Below, one piece after another: positions 11,204 through 20,000 of a stretch of 20,000 nt of DNA. The position numbers and the translations under genes were made by a program. The notes under the pieces were generated by a model that saw only the letters and a program-made list of their open reading frames with translations, had not been told where the DNA came from and did not search any database. This DNA is from Malacoraja senta. Lineage: Eukaryota. The DNA lies in assembly GCA_038087875.1 (NCBI GenBank), contig JAXLNO010000599.1, positions 108,787 to 128,786 on the forward strand, in the 5' to 3' direction. Position 1 is the first letter of the stretch; every line of letters starts with the position of its first letter.

Positions 11204-11893
11204 TTTATTTGTATAGCACATTTAAAAACAACTCACGTTGACCAAAGTGCTGTACATCAGATACAATGGTACACAGACCTAACAATACATACATACAAAC
11301 TGTTTACAGCGCCTCCTCAGAGGGACTTAAAAATGCTAGGGAGTAGAAATAGGTTTTGGGCCTCAACATAAAGGAGTCGATGGAAGGGGCAGTTCTGATG
11401 AGGAGAGGGATGCTGTTCCACAGTCTAGGAGCTGCAACCACAAAAGCGCGGTCACCCTGAGCTTAAACCTAGACCGCGGGATAGTCAGTAGCCCCAAGTC
11501 GGCCGACCTGAGGGACCTGGAGTAGAATGGTGGGTTAGAAGATTTTTGATATGGGGGGGGGGGACAAACCCGTTAAGGGCTTTGTATACGAATAAGAGGA
11601 GCTTGAAGTTGATTCTGTACCGTACTGGGAGCCAGTGGAGAGAGGCCAGAATCGGGGTGATGTGGTCCCTTTTACGGGTACCCGTCAGAAGTCTCGCTGC
11701 GGCGTTTTGAACCAATTGCAGGCGGGACAGGGATGATTGGCTGATGCCAGTGTATAGGGGGTTGCAGCAGTCAAGGCGGGAGGAGATGAATGCGTGGATG
11801 ATTTTTTTCAAGGTCGTCGAATTGGAGGAATGGTTTGATTTTAGCTATGGTACGAAGCTGGAAGAAACCAGCTTTTACCACAGAGTTGACTTA
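11133..11893 (-). mobile_element. L2-clade LINE 3' fragment with (ATTG)n tail
   Basis: IIHAFISSRLDCCN...LQLVQNAAARLLTGTRKRDHITPILASLHWLPV...FKLLLFVYKALNG. Homologous to 9594-10025. Confidence 0.9.
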
Positions 11894-12099
11894 CAATCAC
11901 AGCACGTTTGACATCAATTGACCAATCACGCGCTTTGTTTCATGCCAGCTAGGCAGTGAGCACACTGGGATCATGGCTGCCTCCTAATAGCAAGGTTTCG
12001 AAGGATGAAAGGTAATGCTAACATTTTGTTTTACAACTGATTTATCTTTGTAAAGTTATGATGAACTGTGAAAATAAAATGATGAATAAAAATGTAGAG

Positions 12100-12140
12100 C
12101 TAGGGTTAGGAATAAGATTAGGGTTAGGGTTAGGGTTGGG
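12100..12140 (+). repeat. Short interstitial (TTAGGG)n-like tract
   Basis: CTAGGGTTAGGAATAAGATTAGGGTTAGGGTTAGGGTTGGGG. Confidence 0.8.
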
Positions 12141-12141
12141 G

Positions 12142-12703
12142 CAGGCATCGGCAACCTGTGGCCCATGGGTCAGATCCTGCCCGTAACCCAAAAACATCCA
12201 GCCCGCAGGCGTATTTTTTTTTCTGAGAACTTCCGTGACAGAGCCAGCTGAGCAGCAAGGGGGCAGAGAGGGGTCAGTCAATCGGTTGGGCTGTTGGCCG
12301 GCCGGTGGGTGCAGTGAGAGAGAGACGGGACCAGGGCCTCTACTGACCTCCCCCCCCTCCGGGGAGATGGCAGACAAGTTACTGTGAGGAGGGGAGAGAG
12401 GAGTTTGTGAGTGGGGCGGGAGAGGGCGCAATGCAGGAAGGGGCGTCACTGCCCCGGTTGAGTGACATGAGTGGAGGGCAATCTGCGTGGCGCTGACTGA
12501 TGAATCTGCGCATGCGAGGTTTATACGATTTTTAACAATAACTTTTGTATTATACCACTGATCGGAACAAAATGTGTTGCACTTGCAGCACAGGAGAATG
12601 GTGAGTAAGGTGGCGAAAAAATGTAGCACTATCGGGTACTGTTTTTGCGCATATGTAAAAACAACGCAAACCGGAAGAGCACCAGATCAGAGTTTTAGTT
12701 ATG
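12142..12703. mobile_element. Composite element B1: hAT-like terminus joined to a Helitron-type 5' module
   Basis: CAGGCATCGGCAACCTGTGGCCC resembles hAT/Charlie ends. 12555-12703 aligns with 14190-14325 (GCAGCACAGGAGAATGG-GAGTAAGGTGGC...GTTTTTGCGC). Confidence 0.5.
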
Positions 12704-12850
12704 TAATAATAATAATAATAATGGATTTTATTTACGGGCGCCTTATACCGAGGTCTCAAGGACACCATACAGAGATTTATAGAAAACATATAATCAGAAT
12801 TTAAAAAAAAATAGGTTATAAAGACCAATACATAAATCAGGGACAGAATT
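12704..12850 (-). mobile_element. L2-type 3' tail fragment
   Basis: The reverse complement GTGTCCTTGAG...AAGGCGCCCGTAAATAAAATCC(ATT)n is typical of L2 3' ends. Confidence 0.6.
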
Positions 12851-13284
12851 CCAGGTCCAGACTAACAGGGACCTGTTGGGTCCCATTCTCACACGGGAGG
12901 CCTGGTTCCCAACGCAATATTCCACCACTCACGCATAGCCTCTAACTGCACAGACGCGGCTGATGGGTTCCCGTTGTAATGCCCCTGATCCCCCTCCTCC
13001 CCTCACCCCCCACTCCGCCCCTTGCCCTTCCCTGCAATATTCCACGCACATTCCATCTCCCCTCAATCCCCCCCATTCACTCTTAGCGGCTCAGCGGCGG
13101 CACAGCTATTCCCGCACATTAGGTTCCCATTGTGACGTAGAACACACAGGTATTACTGAGCAGGCGCAGCTGACAAGCAGAACAAATGAAAAGGGGATTT
13201 ATTAAAGCTTAAAATGTGAATAACTCTTAAAATATGGCCTGCCCCTGCCGCTGCCTACCGCTGCCGCTGGCATGGCCTACCGCT

Positions 13285-13740
13285 GTGTGGCGGGGTGGGT
13301 GTGTGGCGGGGGGGTGGGGTGGGAGGGTTGTGGGGGAGTGTGGGGTGGGAGGGTTGTGGGGGAGTGTGGGGATGTGGGGTTGTGTGGGAGGGGGCGTGTG
13401 GGGGGAGGGTGATGTGGGGGACGGGGGGTGGGGTGTGGGGGAGGGGGTGTATGGGGGAGTGTGTGTGTGGGGGAGGGGGGTGGGGGAAGAGGGTTTTGGG
13501 GGAGGGGGTGTGTGGGGGGAGGGGGGTGTGGGAGAGGGGGAGGTGGGAAAGGGGGGTATGGGGGGAGGGGATGGGTGTGTGGGCGGGAGGCATGTGGGGG
13601 TAGGGGGGTTTGTGGGCTGGGGGGTGTGTGGGGGGGAGGGGGGATAGTGGTGGTAGGGGAGGGGGTGTTTGTGGGAGGGGGAGGGTGTGTGTGGTAGGAG
13701 GGGAGGGGGGGTTTGGGAGGGGAGGAGGCGGGTGTGTGGG
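13285..13740 (+). repeat. G/T-rich low-complexity tract (GGGG/TGTG units)
   Basis: Direct reading of the sequence. Confidence 0.9.
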
Positions 13741-14070
13741 CTCAGCGGCTCCTGGCCCCGGCTCCGACCGCACTCCCCGGCTCTGGACATACTCAACGGC
13801 TCCCGTCCCCGGCTCCGGACATACTCAACGGCTCCCGTCCCCGGCTCCTGTCGCACTCAGCGGCTCCTGGCCCCAGCTGCACTCAGCGGCTCCTGGCTCG
13901 TCGTGGTGATCTCCGCCGCCGCCCGCGGTCACAGCCCCGCCCACGGAACACAGCCCCCGCCCTCCCGTGAACACAGCTCCTGCCCGCCTGCGAAAACAGC
14001 TCCCGCCCACGAACACAGCTCCTGCCCGCGAACACAATTCGCACCCGCGAGCACAGCCCCCGCCCACACT
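13740..14070 (+). repeat. Two GC-rich minisatellites (~32-bp ACTCA(A/G)CGGCTCC unit; ~20-bp GAACACAGCTCCTGCCC unit)
   Basis: Degenerate tandem units at 13740-13897 and 13930-14070. Confidence 0.8.
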
Positions 14071-14840
14071 CTGCTCACTCTGCTCCTTCAGCTTTATTCT
14101 CGCCGCCAGTGATTGCCATCGGGTGCCGGAAGTGTCGTTGCTGTGCCGGCGAGAAGAGAGGAGAGAAGACCAATAATTTTTGTGACATTTCACCGATCGG
14201 AAAACGTGCAGCACAGGAGAATGGCGAGTAAGGTGGCAAAAAATTGTTGCGCTATCGGATGCCGTTTTTGCGCAAATTTGAAAACATTACAAACTGGAAG
14301 AGGACAAGATGAAAGTTTTATAAGTAAACTAGACCAAGTGCAGACCCGTTGGGTCTGGACACCAAACGTGCGTTTTGCGGGTGGGGGGGGGGGAGGTGCT
14401 GTGGCGTCACACTAACCACCCCCTTTTCCTCCAAAGCACGGTTGCGGGGTGGGAATCTGGCACCCACAAACACACACACTCATCACAACCCTTGATATTA
14501 TCTTAATTTTTAAATTTGCTTCTTTTATCCCATCTCCACCCTATCCACTGACGAATAGCCCTCACCTCTCAGGTGCGTCTAGAGGGGGTGGGGGGGGGGC
14601 AGAGAGAGAAAATTTAATGTTAGAATTTAAAAAATTTGAAGAGGGGGAGGAGGAGGGTGGAGAGGAAGGGGTAGAGAGGAACGGGGTAGAGGAAGGGGGA
14701 GAGAGAGGCGGGTGTGGAGAGAGGAAGGAGAGGATGTGGGAGATAGGTGAAGGGGGGGTTTGAGCGGGTGTTCATGAGTTGAGCTGCGGCTGTGAAGAGA
14801 GAAGGGCAGAGAGAGAGAGAGAGGGAGAGACAGAGAGACT

Positions 14841-15024
14841 GGTACACCAAAAAAAGCTGGTGAAACTCAGCGGGTGCAGCAGCATCTGTGGAGCGAAGGA
14901 AATAGGCAATGTTTGTGGCCGAAACCCATCTTCAGACGTGTTTTGTTATGAAACATTGCCTATTTCCTTTGATCCAAAGATGCTGCTGCACCGGCTGAGT
15001 TTATACTTCATTTTTTTGTTTACC
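14841..15024. repeat. Fold-back palindrome P2
   Basis: Positional homologue of P1, with a truncated right arm. Confidence 0.75.
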
Positions 15025-15818
15025 TTGCGTTTGGGGGGGGTGGCTGCGGCTGCGGCATCACACTCACACTAACCACCCCCCAAACACACAGGTGGGGGGA
15101 GGGGGGGAGAGGGGGACGGGGTTGGGGAGGGGAGGGGGGAGACGGGGTGGGGAGAGAAGAGGGGAGGGAGGGGAGGGAGGGGAGAGGGGGATGGAGGGGA
15201 GAGGGGGAGGAGGAAAGGGGAGAGATTGGGGAGGGAGAGGAGATCACGGTGGGTGAGAGCGAGGGGAGGAGAGTGGGGAGTGGGAGGAGAGCGGGGAGGG
15301 CAGGAAGGGGGGACAGGGGGGGAGGGGATGAGGGGAAGAGGAGAGGAGTAGGGGGAAGAGAGGGATAGAGGGAGGGGGAGGGAGAGAGGTGGCGGAGTGA
15401 GAGGGGAAGAGTGGAGATTGAAGGGCAGTGGGGGAGCGGGGAGAGGTGCAAGAGAGAGGGGAAGGGGGTGGGGGGTAGATGGGGGTGAAGAGGGGGTGGT
15501 GGAGGGGGAAGAGAGGGGGGTGGGAGGGAGGGAGGGGGAGAGGAGAGAGGGGAAAGAGTGGGGAGGGAGAGTTGAAGTAGGAGGGGTAGGGACAGTCCAT
15601 CTGTTTCCCATTCCCTATCACCCCCAATCCTCTTTCTCTATTGCCACACACGTGATGAAGCCTTCGACACAGTCTGCGGGGGTGGGGGGGAGGGGCTGGG
15701 GCTGTGGCTGCTGCAAAGGCATATGTAAACGGTCCATTTCGATTTGACATCTTTGAGCATTGGGCATTGTGACATCACAAAACTGAACCTTCATTAACAT
15801 TCTAGTGCTGAGAGCTGA

Positions 15819-16068
15819 TTAAGACGGAACTGCAGATGCTTGAAAATCAAAGGTACACAAGAAAAACCTGTATAACCTCAGCGGGTGCAGCAGCATCTAT
15901 GGAGCGAAGGAAATAGGCAACGCTTTGGGCTGAAGACCATCCTTAGATGGGTTTTCTCCTGAAACGTTGCCTATTTCATTCCATCCATAGATGCTGCTGC
16001 ACCCACTGAGGTTATACAGGTTTTTCTTGTGTACCTTTGATTTTCCAGCATCTGCAATTCCGTCTTAA
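15819..16068. repeat. Fold-back palindrome P3 (250 bp, TTAA at both ends)
   Basis: TTAAGACGGAACTGCAGATGCT...GGTACACAAGAAAAACCTGTATAACCTCAG is the near-exact reverse complement of CTGAGGTTATACAGGTTTTTCTTGTGTACC...AGCATCTGCAATTCCGTCTTAA. Confidence 0.92.
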
Positions 16069-17429
16069 AGACAGAGGGACTGTTGGCGGGCTGTTTTCCC
16101 AATGCGTGTTTGCGGGAGGGGGGGAGCTGCGGCATCACACTCACACTAACCACCCCCCAAACTCACACTAACCACCCCAAACACACTCGGGGAATGGGGG
16201 GAGGGGGGAGAGGAAGACGGGGTGGAGAGGGAGACGGGGTGGGGAGAGAAGAGGAGAGGGGGAGGGAGGGGAGAGGGGGAGGAGGAATGGGAGAGATTGG
16301 TGAGGGAGAAGAGAGCAGGGTAGGGGAGAGGGAAGGGGAGGAGAGTGGGGAGTGGGAGGAGAGCGGTGAGGGCAGGAAGGGGGGAGAGGTGGGGAGGGGA
16401 TGTTAGAGGTGGAGAGAGGGGATGAGGGGAAGGGGAGAGGAGTAGGGGGAGAGAGGGAGAGAGGGAGGGGGAGGGAGAGGGGAAGAGTGGTGAGTGAGGG
16501 GCAGAGGGGTAGCGGGGTGTGGTGCAAGAGAGAGGGAAGGGGGTGGGGGGGAGATGGGGGTGAAGAGGGGTGGTGGAGGGGGAAGAGAGGGTGTGGGAGG
16601 GGAGGGTGCGGGAGAGGAGGGAGGGGGAAGAGTGGGGAGGGAGAGTTGAAGTATGAGGGGTAGGGACAGTCCATCTGTTCCCCATTCCCTATCACCCCCA
16701 ATCCTTGGGTTGGTGGGGGTGATAGGGAATTGGGCTGCGGGTGTGGGGGGGAGGGGCTGGGGCTGTGGCTGCTGCAAAGGCATATGTAAACGGATTCATT
16801 CTGATTTTTCACACGTGTCGAAGGGCGTCGCCACGTGTGTGGGGGTTATAGGGAATGGGGAAATCTCAAAATGTTTTTAAAAAAAACAGCTCTCAGCAAT
16901 AGAATGTAAATGATGGTTCCGTTTTGTGATGTCACAATGCCCAATGCTCACAATTTCCCCATTCCCTATCACCCCCACACACGTGGCGACGCCCTTCGAC
17001 ACAGGCTGCGGGGGTTGGGAGGGAGGGGCTGGGGCTGGGGCTGCTGCAAAGGCATATGTAAATGGATCCATTCCGATTGGACATCTGTGACCATTGTGCA
17101 TTGTGACATCACACAACAGAATCTTTACTAACATTCTATGGCTGAGCTGTTTTTTTCAACATTTTGAAATGTTTGGTTTGGGGGGGGGAGAAGTATTTTA
17201 TTTAAAAAAGTGTACATAAACACGACCAAATTTAATCAGGAGTGTCTATTCGTAAAGATAGATGTAATCTCTTTAGAAACGGTAGAAAATATCGGCGTTT
17301 CCGCGTGCTGCGTGGGCGTAGGGCGGTATCAAAGGGGGCTGTGTGGCACAAGTCAAGCAGGACGTTGGACGTACAGACGTACAGACGGATGACAGCCACA
17401 GAGTTTTATATAATAGATAGATAGATAGA

Positions 17430-17460
17430 CTAGACTAGACTAGACCAAGTGGGACCCGTT
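17430..17460 (-). mobile_element. Helitron 3'-end stub with triplicated CTAGA
   Basis: CTAGACTAGACTAGACCAAGTGGGACCCGTT; the second hairpin arm is missing. Confidence 0.65.
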
Positions 17461-17877
17461 GTTCCAAATGTTCCCCCTGCCTGGAACATCCCGGTCCTGA
17501 AATCTGATCAGCTCACCTTTAAATGACTCCCGCATTTCAGATTTTGACTTACCCAATAAAAAAGGCTTCCAATTACTCTCCCTAGCTCCTGCCTATTAAT
17601 AATGTAATAACAATGTAACTTGCCTAACCACAAGTACCATATTCATAACTATCTTAACACTAATGGAGTTGTGAACACGGTTCCCAAAATACTCTTCCAC
17701 TGAAACGCCAGTCACGTGGCTAGGCTTGTTTTCTAGTACTTAGTCCTGGATTGTAAATCCTCGAGTTGGTCTATCCACATACTGTTTCATGAAACCCTCT
17801 TGAATACTCCTCACAAATTCTGCCCTAGTTTAAACATTTTGCACCGCGTAAGTCCCAGTTAAAGTCACCCACTGCAC

Positions 17878-17972
17878 TTCCTTCACTCCATAGATGCTGT
17901 CTCACCCGCTGACTTTCTCTAGCATTTTTGTCTACCTTCGATTTTCCAGCATCTGCAGTTCCTTCTTAAACA
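17878..17972 (+). mobile_element. Single arm of the P (Penelope-like) short repeat, inserted into CR1
   Basis: TCCATAGATGCTG...CACCCGCTGA...TACCTTCGATTTTCCAGCATCTGCAGTTCC-TCTTAAA matches the right arm of P1/P3. Confidence 0.8.
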
Positions 17973-18156
17973 AGCTGTTTCTTTTGCATCTTTTCATAAT
18001 CTGTCTACATATTTGTTGAAGTGATTGCTCCTTCATTTTTTGGCTCTACACCAAACCTCTGGTATCTCCTCTCTGAGTATTGCTGATTAGTAAAAACACT
18101 CCTCCACATCTTTTACTTCCCTCTCTATCACGGCTGAAACATCAAAACCCTGGAAT

Positions 18157-18908
18157 CGTCATAATCATAATAATCATATTAATCAGAATCATACTTTATT
18201 AAGCAAGTATGTTTTGAACATATGAGGAATTTGATTTGCCATACAGTCATTCCAATAAAAAGCAACAAGACACACAAAATACATTTTAACATAAACATCC
18301 ACCACAGTCACTCCCCCACATTCCTCACTGTGATGGAAGGCGAAAAAAAGTTCAATCTCTTCCCTTCTTGTCCTCCCGGCCTCGAACCTTCCGTTGTCGG
18401 GACGATCTTGGCTCCAGTAGCCGGCGGTCGGGCCCTTGGCATCGGGGCGATCAAGCTCCCGCCTAGGGGGCGCTCAGCCTTCCTGTGCCGGGCGAACCTC
18501 CTGCGACTTTGGAGCTTCCCAACATCAGTCTCTACCCGAGACTGCGAGCTCCTCGATGTTGAAATTCACTTGCCGCGGTTGGAGTGTCCATCCCAGGCAA
18601 AGGATAACAGGCTCCCATGGTAAGTCCACAGCCCCGCGGTGGGGCTGAAAGTCAGTCTCGAGCAAGGCCGCCAGCTCCATGAGATTAGGCCGCAGAGCGA
18701 CCGGAGATACGATTCGGAAAACAATCGCATCTCCGGCAAGGTAAGAGATTGAAAAAATGTTTCCCCCGACCCCCTCCCCCACCCACCACATAAAACAAAC
18801 CAGAGAACATTAACACATACTTTTAAAACACACTACAAATAACAAAAAAGACAAGACAGACAGACCGTTGGCGCGGCTGCCATCGCTGACGGAGCCACCT
18901 GGTGATAT
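18157..18908 (-). mobile_element. Non-coding ~750-bp retroposon with Rex1/Babar-like 3' tail, inserted into CR1
   Basis: Minus strand ends ATACTTGCTTAATAAAGTATGATTCTGATT plus ATGATT-like repeats. GC-rich body. It splits the CR1 motif WQLN|IPG. Confidence 0.6.
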
Positions 18909-19429
18909 ATGTTAAGCTGCCAGTCTATGTCTCCATAATGGCCATAACACAACTCCAAGGACTGATCCAGGCTCTAAATTCATCTGCAATACCCACAATA
19001 CTCCTTACATTGTAATAAACACACTGCTGCCCATTACCCTCACCATACTCCTTAACCTCTCCCTACCTTCCTTTGAGAATACTGGTCATGACCTTCCAAT
19101 CTGTCTTTCCATTTGCTCACTTTCTACTCTGGATGCCACTTCCCTTAGCTTTAGTCCTTCCTAGTTAAACTTCCTGCAAGGATATTGGGCCCCTCCTGTC
19201 CCTGTTGTACAGGTCACCTCTGCCTCAGAAGAGATTCCAATGGTCCCAAAAATCTTGATTTCTGCCCTCCACAGTAACTCCTCAGCTACACTTTCATCAG
19301 TCCTACCCTCCTATTCCAACCCTTATAGCACTTATATTGGAACTGAGAGTAATCAGGAAAGTATTACCCTTTTTAAACCTTTTGCCTTGCATTCATTAGT
19401 ACATATCTACAGAATGGTTCTGTTTATAG

Positions 19430-19452
19430 TCTATCTTCTATCTATATTTAAA

Positions 19453-19485
<33 letters not shown>

Positions 19486-20000
19486 CTGCGTGTCTTGTGA
19501 CTGCCAGCCTTTGATTCGTCGCTACGCCAACACCACACGCAGAAACGCCAAGATATTTTCCATTCCGGTAGTGATTTCACTTTTCTTTCCGAGTTGCCAC
19601 TCCTGATTAAATTTCGTCGTGTTTATGTAAAATCTTAAATAAAATCCTTCCCTCCCGCCACCGCCAAAAATTTCAAAATGTTTAATAAAAACAGCTCTCA
19701 CACATAGAATGTTGGTGAACGTTCCGTCGTGTGATGTCACAATGCCCAATGCTCACAGATGTCCAATCGGAATGGATTCATTTACATATGCCTTTGCAGG
19801 AGACCCAGCCCCTCCCCCCACCCCCGCAGCCTGTGTCGAAGCGCATCATCACGTGTGTGGGAATAGAGAAAGAGGATTGGGGGTGATAGGGACTGTCCCT
19901 ACCCCTCCCACTTCCACTCTCCCTCCCCACTATTTCCCCTCTCTCCCCCCACCCCTCTTCCCCTCCCTCCACACTCTTCCCCCTCCCTCCCCAACCTCAT
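19430..20000 (+). mobile_element. 5' part of Helitron D (same group as A/C, opposite orientation); runs off the window
   Basis: TCTATCTTCTA...AAAACTCTGTG matches the 5' end of A, followed by module c and a C-rich tract. (TG)n at ~19457-19485. Confidence 0.82.

Larger units (their letters stand above)
12857..14326 (-). mobile_element. Related non-autonomous Helitron B2 with degenerate 3' end
   Basis: CCAGACTAAC-AGGGACC-TGTT-GGGTCCC at 12857-12884 parallels CTAGACCAAGT plus hairpin. Internal GT/G-rich tract and minisatellites; AT-rich 5' end GTTTTATAAGT. Confidence 0.6.
14329..17429 (-). mobile_element. Non-autonomous Helitron C (~3.1 kb), expanded relative of A
   Basis: Starts CTAGACCAAGTGCAGACCCGTTGGGTCTGGACACC, identical to the start of A, and ends CAGCCACAGAGTTTTATATAATAGATAGA. 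Contains a duplicated internal block and an inversion. Confidence 0.88.
17480..19400 (-). mobile_element. Decayed CR1 (HER1-like) LINE: ORF1 esterase-like end and APE endonuclease, with two insertions
   Basis: Minus-strand peptides DHWNLF*GRGDLYNRD, VYYNVRSIVGIADEFRAWIS, IPGF*CFSRDREGSKRCGGV, GDFN and IQEGFMKQYVDRPTRG...FGNRVHNS. Confidence 0.82.

Noticed and set aside
13740..14070. CRISPR-like repeat array
   Set aside because: Degenerate tandem units without unique spacers, no cas genes, eukaryotic context.
5878..20000. Autonomous Helitron Rep/helicase gene
   Set aside because: No HUH or PIF1 helicase motifs in any ORF; all copies here are non-autonomous.

Overview
This is a eukaryotic, almost wholly transposon-derived window with no supportable host gene. 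HE1/V-SINE-like and HER1/CR1-like elements suggest a cartilaginous fish such as a skate or ray (inference). The core is a deeply nested stack. A decayed Ty3/Gypsy pol fragment is split by a 5'-truncated L1-clade LINE (16-bp TSD) and by an L2 3' fragment. The L1 is itself split by a 2,048-bp non-autonomous Helitron inserted at an A|T site, and removing it restores a stop-free ~728-codon ORF2. An antisense L1 3' end sits in the L1 3' UTR. Further members of this Helitron-like group occur at 12857-14326, 14329-17429, 17430-17460 and 19430-20000. They share a modular non-coding design: a CTAG/hairpin 3' end, strand-biased G-rich tracts, fold-back palindromes with degenerate hammerhead-like motifs, duplicated/inverted ~210-bp modules, and a microsatellite seed near the 5' end. 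Rex1, CR1 and L2 relics and a possible solo LTR fill the rest. All family names come from motif recognition, not database searches.
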